Shown: positions 37,201-48,234 of the stretch, piece after piece
Layout of the letters: each line of letters begins with the position of its first letter
Numbering within the stretch: position 1 is the stretch's first letter
DNA from: Patescibacteria group bacterium
Lineage (GTDB): Bacteria; Patescibacteriota; Microgenomatia; UBA1400; PJMF01
Assembly (NCBI GenBank): GCA_049322655.1
Contig: JBMORP010000002.1
Location: forward strand, 32,923-96,922
Length of the DNA stretch: 64,000 bases
Direction: 5' to 3'
Position numbers and translations under genes: made by a program
Notes under the pieces: model-generated
What the model saw: the letters and a program-made list of their open reading frames with translations, nothing else
Database searches by the model: none
What the model was told of the DNA's origin: nothing

Positions 37201-39084
37201 ATGGAAACAATGAAAAAGCTTTTTTTCAGCTTGCTAGCTAGTTTATTGGTACCTATTTATTTATTGGTAGCTACTGAAACCAGAGCTCAACAAACAGAGA
37301 TTAATGCCTTTGAAAACAAACTAATCAGTACCTATACCGTTAATGAGCTAGGTAATACTTATGTCGAACATACCTTTTCCATCAAAAATCTGACTCCGAC
37401 TTATTACATTACTAAGCATGGCTTAAAAACCAGCTCACCCAACATTACTAATATTAGAGTCTTTGATCAACAAGGCAATAATTTTAATGCTGAGATCACT
37501 AAAGTTGAAAACCAAACTAATATTGGTATTACCTTCCCAGATAAGTTGGTCGGAGAGGGAAAAGTTAGAACTTTTACTATCAGTTATAACAACCCCGACT
37601 TGGCTCAAGTTAATGGCAATGTTTTGGAGATAGCCATTCCCAAACAAGCCGATTCCAATCAATATCAACAAGCAGAAGTAGTGCTCAACACCCCGCTCAG
37701 GTTTGGCAATGCTACTAGAGTAACTCCCGCTTCAAATTTTACTCAAAAACTAACCGATAAAGGCATCCAAATGACTTTCAGTGAGCTGAAAAATCAAGGT
37801 GTGTCAGCCCTATTTGGTATCGACCAGATTTTTGATTTAAACTTCACTTATTTCTTGGAAAACAACGATTCTCAACCAATTTTGCTCCAAACTGCATTAC
37901 CACCAGATACTTCTTTTCAAAGAATGCACTATCACTCTATTGACCCTCTCCCAACTGAAATGGAAATAGATCAAGATGGTAACTGGATTGCTACTTTCTA
38001 TATGCCTGGTAATACCGCTCAAACTGTCAAAGTTCAGGCTCAAGCCCTTTTAACTTTGAACAAAAATCCTGATATTCCAGTTTCTTATCCCCAAAGCTTT
38101 CACTTATCCAGACAACCATTTTGGGAAATTGATAATAAAAATCTGCAACAAATTGCCGAAGAAAATAAAACTCCACAAGCAATTTATAACTATGTGACTA
38201 CCACTTTAGAGTACCAAACAATTGATTCGCTAGAAGACTTTGAAAGAAAAGGTGCTGCCCAAATCATAGGGCAACCAACCACTGCTGCCTGTCAAGAATT
38301 TTCTGATTTATTTGTCACCATAGCTAGAATTAATAACATCCCCGCTAGAGTTGTTACCGGTTATGCTTATACCCAGAATAACAGCCTACGTCCCTTGAGT
38401 TTAGTTGAAGATATCTTGCATGCTTGGCCAGAATATTGGGACGAAACAAACCAAGTTTGGCAACCAACTGATCCTACCTGGGGCAATACAACTGGAGGAG
38501 TGGATTACTTTAACCAATTTGATCTGAACCACATCGTCTTAGCCATCAATGGTCAATCAAGTACTTTGCCTTATCCAGCTGGCTCATATAAAACAGAACA
38601 ACAACAGACTGAAAAAACACTTGAAGTCCTTTTTGGCAAAAACTTTCCAAGCCAAAAACCAGAGTTAACAGCTGATTTAACCAAAAGTGAGAATAACTGG
38701 TTAAAAATGCCAGGATTTTACCAACTAACTTTAGTGAATAATTCTGGAGCTGCTTGGTATAAGCTAACTTTTGATCTTAGCTCTAATAAATCTGGAGTTA
38801 GGGTGTTTGGTGATACCTCAATACCAGCAATTTTACCGTTCCAAACTATCTCTATTCCAATCTTTGTTTATAATACACAACAAGCCTTACCAGAAAAAGA
38901 CAATTTAGTGTTAAATGTCTCAATGAATGGTGGCTCGATTTTACAAAAAGACTTCACTGTTACTAATGCGCCAAACTTCATCCAAAACTTTGCCCACCCA
39001 TACATCCCATTTTTCTTGGGCGGAACAGCGATCATCCTGGCCCTCGGCACCGGGAGTGTACTCGTTTTTAGACGAAAAAAATAA
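37201..39084 (+). CDS. secreted transglutaminase-like cysteine protease domain protein with C-terminal membrane anchor
   Basis: Signal peptide. Transglutaminase core 'TAACQEFSDLFVTIARINNIPARVVTGYAY' with downstream 'HAWPEYWD'. C-terminal TM 'FFLGGTAIILALGTGSVLVFRRKK'. Confidence 0.7.
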   Translation: METMKKLFFSLLASLLVPIYLLVATETRAQQTEINAFENKLISTYTVNELGNTYVEHTFSIKNLTPTYYITKHGLKTSSPNITNIRVFDQQGNNFNAEITKVENQTNIGITFPDKLVGEGKVRTFTISYNNPDLAQVNGNVLEIAIPKQADSNQYQQAEVVLNTPLRFGNATRVTPASNFTQKLTDKGIQMTFSELKNQGVSALFGIDQIFDLNFTYFLENNDSQPILLQTALPPDTSFQRMHYHSIDPLPTEMEIDQDGNWIATFYMPGNTAQTVKVQAQALLTLNKNPDIPVSYPQSFHLSRQPFWEIDNKNLQQIAEENKTPQAIYNYVTTTLEYQTIDSLEDFERKGAAQIIGQPTTAACQEFSDLFVTIARINNIPARVVTGYAYTQNNSLRPLSLVEDILHAWPEYWDETNQVWQPTDPTWGNTTGGVDYFNQFDLNHIVLAINGQSSTLPYPAGSYKTEQQQTEKTLEVLFGKNFPSQKPELTADLTKSENNWLKMPGFYQLTLVNNSGAAWYKLTFDLSSNKSGVRVFGDTSIPAILPFQTISIPIFVYNTQQALPEKDNLVLNVSMNGGSILQKDFTVTNAPNFIQNFAHPYIPFFLGGTAIILALGTGSVLVFRRKK

Positions 39085-40324
39085 TATTCTCTATGTTGGC
39101 AAGGCAAAAAATCTAGCTAATCGTCTTACTAGTTATACACACTATGCCCAGTTGGCTCCCAGAATTAAGAGCTTAGTTAGTACTGCCAAAAAACTTACTT
39201 TTGAAGTTTTGGACAGTGAACTAGAGGCTTTACTAATCGAAGCAGAATTAATTAGAGTTCACCAACCATTTTTTAATATTAGATTAAAAGATGATAAATC
39301 ACCAATTTATTTAATTATCACCAATGATTCTTATCCAACAATTCTAAAAAAAAGAAAAAATGATTTAAATAAAATCACAATCAATGGTCAGTTGTTTGGG
39401 CCATTTCAAAGTAGTTATAAACTAAACGAAGTACTGAAAATTGCTCGCAAAATCTTCCCTTGGTGTAATCAACCACTGCAAACAATAAATAAAAAACCAA
39501 CTAAAGCTTGTTTTTACTACCACTTGGACCAATGCCCAGGGGCTTGTTTAGGCCTGATTTCTCCACAAGACTATCAAGAGAACATTACCAATCTTAAGCT
39601 CTTTTTAAAAGGAAAAAAGAAGCAAGTGATGACAAACTTAAAAAAAAGAATGACTTTCTTTGCTGAAAAGCAACAGTACGAACAAGCCCAAAAAATTAAA
39701 CTTCAACTGCAATATATTGAAGAAGTTACTCAAAAAACTTACCAACTAAAACCAGATTTGGTCTTACCAGGACTTGGAGCAACCAAAACTGAAATTGGTT
39801 TGGTTGAACTCCAAAAAATTCTCACCACTTACACTCATTGGCCCAAAAATAAAAAACTCAATCGAATTGAAGGTTATGATGTAAGTAATATTCAAGGAAA
39901 AAATGCAGCTGTTTCAATGGTAGTTACAAAAAATGGCCAACCGACCAATAGTTCATACAAAATCTTCAATATTAAGTCTTTAGATACTCCGAATGACTAC
40001 AAAATGATGCAAGAGGCTCTACTTAGAAGACAAAACCATCCTGAATGGGAGACACCTGATTTAGTGGTAGTTGATGGGGGCAAAGGCCAAGTGAGAGCGG
40101 CTTTAACAATTTGGCAATGGGACTGCCCAGTGATTGGTATTGCCAAAAACCCAGATCGCTTAGTAATTCCTTTACCAGCTGGCAGTAATGAAAAATATAA
40201 ATTAGTCAGACTAGAGGCTAATCATCCAGCTCTAAATCTAATTCAACAATTGAGAAATGAAGCTCACCGTTTTGCCAAGAAACAATGGGGCAAGAGGCAT
40301 ACCAAGGCAATGTTGAATAACTAG
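38966..40324 (+). CDS. uvrC: excinuclease ABC subunit C (UvrC)
   Basis: GIY-YIG 'PGVYSFLDEKNNILYVGKAKNLANRL'. The start is uncertain: 38927 or 38966 ATG, or a GTG at 39056. Any of these overlaps the preceding gene by 30-160 nt. Confidence 0.8.
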   Translation: MRQTSSKTLPTHTSHFSWAEQRSSWPSAPGVYSFLDEKNNILYVGKAKNLANRLTSYTHYAQLAPRIKSLVSTAKKLTFEVLDSELEALLIEAELIRVHQPFFNIRLKDDKSPIYLIITNDSYPTILKKRKNDLNKITINGQLFGPFQSSYKLNEVLKIARKIFPWCNQPLQTINKKPTKACFYYHLDQCPGACLGLISPQDYQENITNLKLFLKGKKKQVMTNLKKRMTFFAEKQQYEQAQKIKLQLQYIEEVTQKTYQLKPDLVLPGLGATKTEIGLVELQKILTTYTHWPKNKKLNRIEGYDVSNIQGKNAAVSMVVTKNGQPTNSSYKIFNIKSLDTPNDYKMMQEALLRRQNHPEWETPDLVVVDGGKGQVRAALTIWQWDCPVIGIAKNPDRLVIPLPAGSNEKYKLVRLEANHPALNLIQQLRNEAHRFAKKQWGKRHTKAMLNN

Positions 40325-40328
40325 CCTA

Positions 40329-40709
40329 ATGCTAGTAGAATTTTTCTTACAAATGCTTAGACTTTTTCTCAATACTGGAATTACTTTTTGGATTCTATCT
40401 TACTTCGTGCCAACTATCCGCTTTGCCAACTGGACCGCCTTAATCATTGCCAGCTTAGTGATGGTGTTTATCCAAAAAATAATTAAACCTATAGTTAAAT
40501 TGCTATTTTTACCAATTAATGTCGTTACTTTAGGCTTGTTTTCTATTGTCATTAATGTTGCAATGTTGTGGTTAGTAACCTATCTAGTTCCAGGCTTTGA
40601 AATTACCAATATGGTCGTGTTTGGCTTACATTTAGATCGGTTTGGTTCGATTCTTTTTGCATCTATTTTGATTGGTTTTGTTCAAGGTTTTGTAACTTTG
40701 GTTATTTAG
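40329..40709 (+). CDS. DUF360 / phage-holin-4-like small membrane protein (YvlD-like)
   Basis: 'KPIVKLLFLPINVVTLGLFSIVINVAMLWLVTYLVPGFEI' closely resembles the YvlD family core. Confidence 0.55.
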   Translation: MLVEFFLQMLRLFLNTGITFWILSYFVPTIRFANWTALIIASLVMVFIQKIIKPIVKLLFLPINVVTLGLFSIVINVAMLWLVTYLVPGFEITNMVVFGLHLDRFGSILFASILIGFVQGFVTLVI

Positions 40710-40739
40710 CTAAAAACTCAGCCTGTTATAATATTTTCC

Positions 40740-41672
40740 ATGAAAAAGATTGTTTTGTTCGTTTTATCGATTGGTTGGTGGTTATTAACCACCACTACTA
40801 CTATCCAAGCTCTAAATCTTGATCCACTTGGAGAAGTAACTGAAGCCTCTAGTCCGATCGAAGCCAGTGAGGCTGGTAAATTAGCCTCTTCTTCAGCGGA
40901 AGTCGACCAAAAAATACAAGAAAAAAAAGATCAAGATATTACTGAAACTGGTGGTAAACAAAAAAGCAAACTAGCTGCTTACTTGGATGAACATCCAATT
41001 GGACCTTTATCTTGGCATAACCCTTTGCAACACGCCATTCGGCAAGCTATTACTAATGGTTTACCAGCTAACATTATCGTCTTATTGATGCTCTTCCCAT
41101 TAATTGCTTCCATCATCGCTTTTGGTCGCCATATTGTTGGACTGAAAGGCTTTGGTGTTTATATTCCAGCGGTGTTATCAGTGGCTTTTGTTTCTACAGG
41201 AATTGTAATTGGAGTATTAATCTTCTTTGCTGTCCTAATAGCCGCAACATTAGCCAGAAAAGTAGTCAAGAGATTAAAACTACCATTATTACCAAGAACA
41301 GCCATGTTGCTGTGGGTGGTGACTTTTCTAGTTTTGATTTTACTAATCATTTCATCCTTGGTTAACATCTCGGCTTTACTTAGCATTAGTATTTTCCCAC
41401 TGTTAATTATTATGTTGTTAACTGAAAACTTTATGAGCACTCAACTCTTTAATAGTCAAAAAGAAGCTCTTAGTATTACTTTTGAAACTTTATTGGTTGC
41501 TATTTTATGTGCACTCCTAATCAATCTAGAAAGTATTCAACAATTTGTTTTAATTTATCCAGAATTAAGCTTATTAGCGGTAGCTGGTTTAAATATGTTG
41601 ATTGGAAAATATACTGGTCTAAGACTTCTGGAAAGAGTTAGATTCGAATCAATCATTGAAGAAGAGGAGTAA
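40740..41672 (+). CDS. polytopic (about 7 TM) membrane protein, partner of the ATP-grasp/DUF1704 pair
   Basis: Signal and soluble N-terminus, then at least 6-7 hydrophobic helices. Gene order matches the conserved 7TM / RimK-related ligase / QEGLA trio. Confidence 0.5.
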   Translation: MKKIVLFVLSIGWWLLTTTTTIQALNLDPLGEVTEASSPIEASEAGKLASSSAEVDQKIQEKKDQDITETGGKQKSKLAAYLDEHPIGPLSWHNPLQHAIRQAITNGLPANIIVLLMLFPLIASIIAFGRHIVGLKGFGVYIPAVLSVAFVSTGIVIGVLIFFAVLIAATLARKVVKRLKLPLLPRTAMLLWVVTFLVLILLIISSLVNISALLSISIFPLLIIMLLTENFMSTQLFNSQKEALSITFETLLVAILCALLINLESIQQFVLIYPELSLLAVAGLNMLIGKYTGLRLLERVRFESIIEEEE

Positions 41673-41674
41673 TC

Positions 41675-42955
41675 ATGGTCCAAACTAGAGATGTTCTGGG
41701 CATGAACGCCCGCAATCAACTCTTCGTTCCCCTTAACTCAAAAAAGGCTAGATCTTTTTGTATTTCTAAATATGCCACTAAACTGCTTTTACAAAGTCAT
41801 AATATTCCCACTGCTCAGGTTTATGGGATTTTGGGAACCTCTGAAGATGTCGATGAATTTAATTGGCAAGACCTCAAAAAAGATTTTGTGATTAAACCAA
41901 CTAATGGCCATGCAGGCAAAGGAGTAGTAGCCTTTAGAAGCCAGCATGCAGATGGTGAGCATTGGACTGATGCGGTTGGCACAACCTGGAGCTTACAAGA
42001 TATTAAGCTTCATTGCACCGATATTTTATCTGGTGAATACAGTACCCACGGTTCTAATCACAATATTATTGTTGAAGAAAGAGTTCCTATTCACAGCAAG
42101 CTCTTAAAATATACCTATAAGGGGACTCCAGACATTAGAGTCGTTGTCTTTAACAGCGTTCCAGTCATGGCCTTGTTGCGGCTACCCACTGAAGAATCGG
42201 GAGGAAGAGCCAATCAAAGCCAAGGAGCTTTGGGCGTTGGCGTTGATGTTGCCACTGGCATTACTACTTATGCAGCGGCTCATAAAAACCAGTTAATTAA
42301 ATACATGCCAGATACTAAAGTTAAACTAAACGGCATTAGAATTCCTTTTTGGAATGAAGTTTTACTTACAGCAGTCAGTGCAGCCAGAGCTGCCGGCCTC
42401 ACTTTCACTGGTGTTGATATGTTTATTCACCAAGAAAAAGGACCAATGGTGGTCGAACTAAACGCCTACCCAGGTCTATCTATTCAAGTAGCTAACAAAG
42501 CTGGCTTAAGAAGGAGATTGGAGCGGGTTCAAGATCTAAATGTCTTAAGTGCTGAACATGGCGTCAGAATTGCCAAAGCTTTATTTGCTGAAAACTTCGC
42601 CAGTAAAATTAAAGAAGAAGGAGAGTTCCCAATCTTAGCCACAGAAGAAACCATTGTTATTTATGGTGATAATAAACAAAAAACCGAAACAAAAGCTTTA
42701 ATTAACACTGGTAGATTTAGATCAGTAATTGCTAGTAAACTAGCTGAAGAACTAGGGCTGATTGACGTTGAAGACTTACTTTGGTTTCAACAAATTTCTG
42801 GTGAAGGTAAGAGACCGGTAGTCGAAATTAAATTTAAATTGAAAAATAAAACAATTACTACCTCAGCTGTTGTTTCTAAAAAATTAAATAAAAATAAACA
42901 AAAAATAGAGCTTGGCCGTAACGACTTGGTTGGCTTTGTTATTAGGCCTTCATAA
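41675..42955 (+). CDS. RimK-related ATP-grasp alpha-L-glutamate-ligase-like protein
   Basis: ATP-grasp elements 'FVIKPTNGHAGKGV', 'IVEERVP', 'VVELNAYPG'. The C-terminal ~100 aa form an extra domain. Confidence 0.6.
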   Translation: MVQTRDVLGMNARNQLFVPLNSKKARSFCISKYATKLLLQSHNIPTAQVYGILGTSEDVDEFNWQDLKKDFVIKPTNGHAGKGVVAFRSQHADGEHWTDAVGTTWSLQDIKLHCTDILSGEYSTHGSNHNIIVEERVPIHSKLLKYTYKGTPDIRVVVFNSVPVMALLRLPTEESGGRANQSQGALGVGVDVATGITTYAAAHKNQLIKYMPDTKVKLNGIRIPFWNEVLLTAVSAARAAGLTFTGVDMFIHQEKGPMVVELNAYPGLSIQVANKAGLRRRLERVQDLNVLSAEHGVRIAKALFAENFASKIKEEGEFPILATEETIVIYGDNKQKTETKALINTGRFRSVIASKLAEELGLIDVEDLLWFQQISGEGKRPVVEIKFKLKNKTITTSAVVSKKLNKNKQKIELGRNDLVGFVIRPS

Positions 42956-42960
42956 AAATC

Positions 42961-43920
42961 ATGGGACTCATTGCAGATTTAAAACCACTCAATTTTCTAG
43001 AAGAAAAAAACAAGTTCTTAGCTGAGCCAAATTTTAATCCTCAATTCATTTACTCACGCATTTTTTCGCCGAAAGAACTAACTACTCACGGCTTACCAAA
43101 TCATCAATATATAAACTTGGCTGAAAAAATTCTGGAAAAAACTTTCCATGAGTTTACTAACCATGAACTAACTCAATTTAAAGGACAACTTTTAAGTCAG
43201 GAAACTGTCACAAATCAAATTACTGAGTTTCTCAAAAAGCATCAAATTGAAAATAAATATAAAATTGTTTGGGCCGAAGATTTTGTCAGTCGAACGGCTA
43301 TTAATGCTGACACGATTAAATTAAGACTTCCTTGCTCTGTTTATGAAGATGATTTGGCAGGACTGATTTATCACGAACTTGGCACTCATGCTCTTAGAAG
43401 AGTCAATTATGAACAACAACCATGGTTCAAAAAAAAGAAAAAATGTGGCTTTACTGATTACTTAAAAACCGAAGAAGGATTGGCTGTTTTACATGCCTTA
43501 TATCCCAGAAAACAACCTTTAGCTTATATGGCGGCAATTAATTTTTTAGCGGTGATCAAAGCTCAAGAAGAATCATTTTTAGAAGTGTGGCAATTCATTA
43601 ATCACTATCTAGAAGATGATGAAAAATCATTTAACATCGCTTTCAAAAAGAAACGAGGTTTGGTTGATACTAGCCAACCAGGTGGCTTCACCAAGGATTA
43701 TGTTTATTTTGAGGGGTTCGTTGAAACAGTCAGGTTTTTGCTTGAAAATGACTTACCAATCAAAGAACTTTATTTTGGCAAACTAGCTTATCAGGACATC
43801 GATAAGGCTGTGACTATGAATAAAAACTTTAAGCCATTATTACCAGCTTTTTATACAATCAACCCAAATGAATACAAAAACAAAGTGATTGCTATCGCCA
43901 AAACTAATTTCTTAGTTTAA
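42961..43920 (+). CDS. DUF1704 / QEGLA-motif protein (MATCAP-like putative metallo-carboxypeptidase)
   Basis: 'EEGLAV' (QEGLA-like) and 'YHELGTHAL' (HExxxH). Confidence 0.55.
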   Translation: MGLIADLKPLNFLEEKNKFLAEPNFNPQFIYSRIFSPKELTTHGLPNHQYINLAEKILEKTFHEFTNHELTQFKGQLLSQETVTNQITEFLKKHQIENKYKIVWAEDFVSRTAINADTIKLRLPCSVYEDDLAGLIYHELGTHALRRVNYEQQPWFKKKKKCGFTDYLKTEEGLAVLHALYPRKQPLAYMAAINFLAVIKAQEESFLEVWQFINHYLEDDEKSFNIAFKKKRGLVDTSQPGGFTKDYVYFEGFVETVRFLLENDLPIKELYFGKLAYQDIDKAVTMNKNFKPLLPAFYTINPNEYKNKVIAIAKTNFLV

Positions 43921-43932
43921 CTTTCTACCCAA

Positions 43933-44667
43933 ATGATTATTCCCACCTACAAACCACTAGGCCGATCTAGTCACAGCCTGGCTCAAGAAATCGGTAAAAA
44001 ATATAGTGAAAAAGCTACCCATACTGGAACTTTAGATCCTATGGCAGAAGGAGTATTAGTTGTTTTAACGGATGAAGATCGATTTAACAAAGCTAAATTT
44101 AGTAATTGGCAAAAAACTTATTTATTTCAAATCTTGGTTGGCATTGAAACCGATACTCATGATTTGCTGGGCATTGTAAAAAATATTGACCATAAAAAAA
44201 TAAATCAACAAGTTTTGAAAAAAAATCTAAAAAATTTTATTGGTCAACAAAAACAACTAGTACCAAAGTTTTCTGCTCAAAGAATTAATGGTCTTTCTGG
44301 TTTTGATTTAGCCAAAGCAAATAAGGATTTTCCCCTACAAAAAAATGACATAGAGATTTTTTCGTTAAAAATTATCAAACAAGAAATTATTAACAACATT
44401 AAATTATTAAACTATATTCAAAAAAACATTGCTTTAGTGACTGGTGATTTCCGGCAGTTAGACATTTTAAAAACTTGGCAAGCTAGTTTGAAAAATAACC
44501 AAGTTTTTCAATTAATTACTCTTGAAGCTATTACCTCAAAACGAACTTATGTTAGAAGTTTGGTGCGAGATTTAGCTAAAAAACTAAAACTACCACTAAC
44601 AACCTATTCAATTATTAGAACTAAAAATGGCCCATTTGAGTTAAAAAACTGTAAAAATCTCTCCTAA
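43933..44667 (+). CDS. truB: tRNA pseudouridine(55) synthase TruB
   Basis: 'GTLDPMAEGVLVV' catalytic Asp motif. Confidence 0.8.
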   Translation: MIIPTYKPLGRSSHSLAQEIGKKYSEKATHTGTLDPMAEGVLVVLTDEDRFNKAKFSNWQKTYLFQILVGIETDTHDLLGIVKNIDHKKINQQVLKKNLKNFIGQQKQLVPKFSAQRINGLSGFDLAKANKDFPLQKNDIEIFSLKIIKQEIINNIKLLNYIQKNIALVTGDFRQLDILKTWQASLKNNQVFQLITLEAITSKRTYVRSLVRDLAKKLKLPLTTYSIIRTKNGPFELKNCKNLS

Positions 44668-44681
44668 GTTATAATACTAAG

Positions 44682-45779
44682 GTGAAAACTAATCATAGTA
44701 ATAAAAAAATCATCTTAGGCCTATCTGGTGGAGTAGACTCTGCAGTTAGTGCAATTTTACTTAAAGAAGCAGGTTATCAAGTAGAGACTGTCTATATAGA
44801 ATGTTGGCATGAACCTGGTTGTAGAGCTGAAGGAGACCGCAAAGATGCGCTCAAAGTAGCCTTACAGCTAAATTTACCTTTTCAAGTTCTAGATTTTAAA
44901 CAAGCTTACAAAGAAAAAGTCATGGGCTACTTTTTGAGTGAGTATCAGGCTGGTAGAACTCCCAATCCAGACGTGATGTGCAATAAAATCATTAAATTTG
45001 GCCTATTTTATGATTGGGCAACCAAACAAGGTTATGATGCCATTGCCACTGGCCATTATGCTAAAACCGACGGTAAAAACTTGCTTGTTCCAACCGATAC
45101 CACTAAAGATCAAACCTACTTCTTGTATGAAATAAAAACAGAACAGTTACCACAAATTATTTTTCCTCTGCAAGATTTAACTAAGAAAGAGGTGAGAGAA
45201 CTAGCTATTAAACACAACCTACTAGTGGCTAACAAAAAAGACTCAGTGGGTATTTGTTTTGTTGGTGATATTAATGTACCCAAGTTTCTTAAAGAGAATC
45301 TGGGAGAAAGACCAGGTAATATTGTAGATGAGCAAGGCAATGTCTTGGGCCAACATCGAGGCTTATGGTTTCATACCATCGGCCAACGCCATGGTTTTAC
45401 TTACAATAAGAAGAAATATGTTCAGCTAAATAAAAACTTAGATAAAGGTGATTTACCAGCTTTGTATGTCATTGAAAAAAAACCAAAGACTAATGAACTA
45501 GTCATTGGCCAAAAACAAGAAACCTTAAGAAATTCCTTTGAAATTACTAATTTACACTTAATTGGAGTAACTGAAACTGAACTTTTAAATAGCCAAAATT
45601 TGAGTATTAGAATCAGAAATACTGGCGAAAAAATACCTGGCTTATTAGAAAAAAAAGACGGAAATTTCAGCATAAAATTAAAACAACTAGCCAGTGGTAT
45701 AGCTAGCGGTCAATCAGCTGTTTTTTACTTGGCTACCGAAGAACAAATTATTTGTGCGGGTGGTGGAATTATCCTTTGA
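44682..45779 (+). CDS. mnmA: tRNA-specific 2-thiouridylase MnmA
   Basis: PP-loop 'GLSGGVDSAV' and 'CNKIIKFG'. Confidence 0.85.
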   Translation: MKTNHSNKKIILGLSGGVDSAVSAILLKEAGYQVETVYIECWHEPGCRAEGDRKDALKVALQLNLPFQVLDFKQAYKEKVMGYFLSEYQAGRTPNPDVMCNKIIKFGLFYDWATKQGYDAIATGHYAKTDGKNLLVPTDTTKDQTYFLYEIKTEQLPQIIFPLQDLTKKEVRELAIKHNLLVANKKDSVGICFVGDINVPKFLKENLGERPGNIVDEQGNVLGQHRGLWFHTIGQRHGFTYNKKKYVQLNKNLDKGDLPALYVIEKKPKTNELVIGQKQETLRNSFEITNLHLIGVTETELLNSQNLSIRIRNTGEKIPGLLEKKDGNFSIKLKQLASGIASGQSAVFYLATEEQIICAGGGIIL

Positions 45780-46132
45780 CTTCTGTGAATTACTTGATAC
45801 AATAACTCCCACTTCACAATTCCAAGCTCATGGCTTAGAATTCAAACATTCGAGGGAGAGAAGAGACATCCCCATAAATGGGACTGTTTCTTTTTTTCTG
45901 TGAAGGCTCAGAACTTTAACAAGTGAATATTTTTAGACAGAAACAACATCATATTTATATTTCTGATATAAACATGGTGGTGAAAATGATATATTGATGG
46001 ATTTTTTTGATTAAAGATCCGTTCAATTCCAAAAACTCTGGTAGTCTACTTTAATTAGGAGACTATCAAACCAGAAACAATAAATCTTTTAGATAACGAA
46101 GAAAGATCAGTTTCAAACTTAAGAATAAAAAT

Positions 46133-47667
<1,535 letters not shown>

Positions 47668-47812
47668 CTAAGGAGAATGGGTAGGGGAAATCACGACCCC
47701 TTTTCTCCCGAGAACAGTAATGTTCTCGAAACTCCAAGTCCTATGATCACCATATCTAGGCCGTTTTCACCGCCGTGTTTGTCTCAGAAGTAAAATGTTG
47801 TAACTGTTAATT

Positions 47813-47840
47813 AACCCTCATTAATCGAGGGTTTTTTATT
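47813..47840 (+). terminator. terminator 150 nt after 16S
   Basis: aaccctc-attaatc-gagggtt followed by T6. Confidence 0.6.
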
Positions 47841-48174
47841 TGAAAATTAGTACATTAATTAATAATATTCTTTAGATTCATAATCTCGTCGATAAAATAA
47901 TTAGAGTGTAGAAAACTATCTAACAAATCTCCTCAGATTCACTTTTTAAAATTTTTGTTAATAAATATAATTACTATCTAAAAACCAACAATTACTTATA
48001 GGTTTTTAGCAGACAATATATTTAACTGCTAATTTGAAACAATAAAAATAAACAACCATTCATCAATCCTTTTTCATTGATATTTTAAGATATCTTTTGA
48101 TTTGTTTTTATATATTTTGTTAGATAAAATGACTAGTTTAATCACAGCAGGCAATTTCCACCTTGAATCTCTTT

Positions 48175-48201
48175 TTAGCAATGATATATAATGATTGCTA
48201 A
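48175..48201. promoter_or_regulatory. CIRCE-like operator TTAGCAATG-N9-GATTGCTAA upstream of clpB
   Basis: Same length and spacing as the HrcA CIRCE element (TTAGCACTC-N9-GAGTGCTAA). A -10-like TATAAT sits inside it. Lies 34 nt before the clpB ATG. Confidence 0.5.
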
Positions 48202-48234
48202 TTACTTTTATTATTCTTAATAAAGGAGTTAGGG

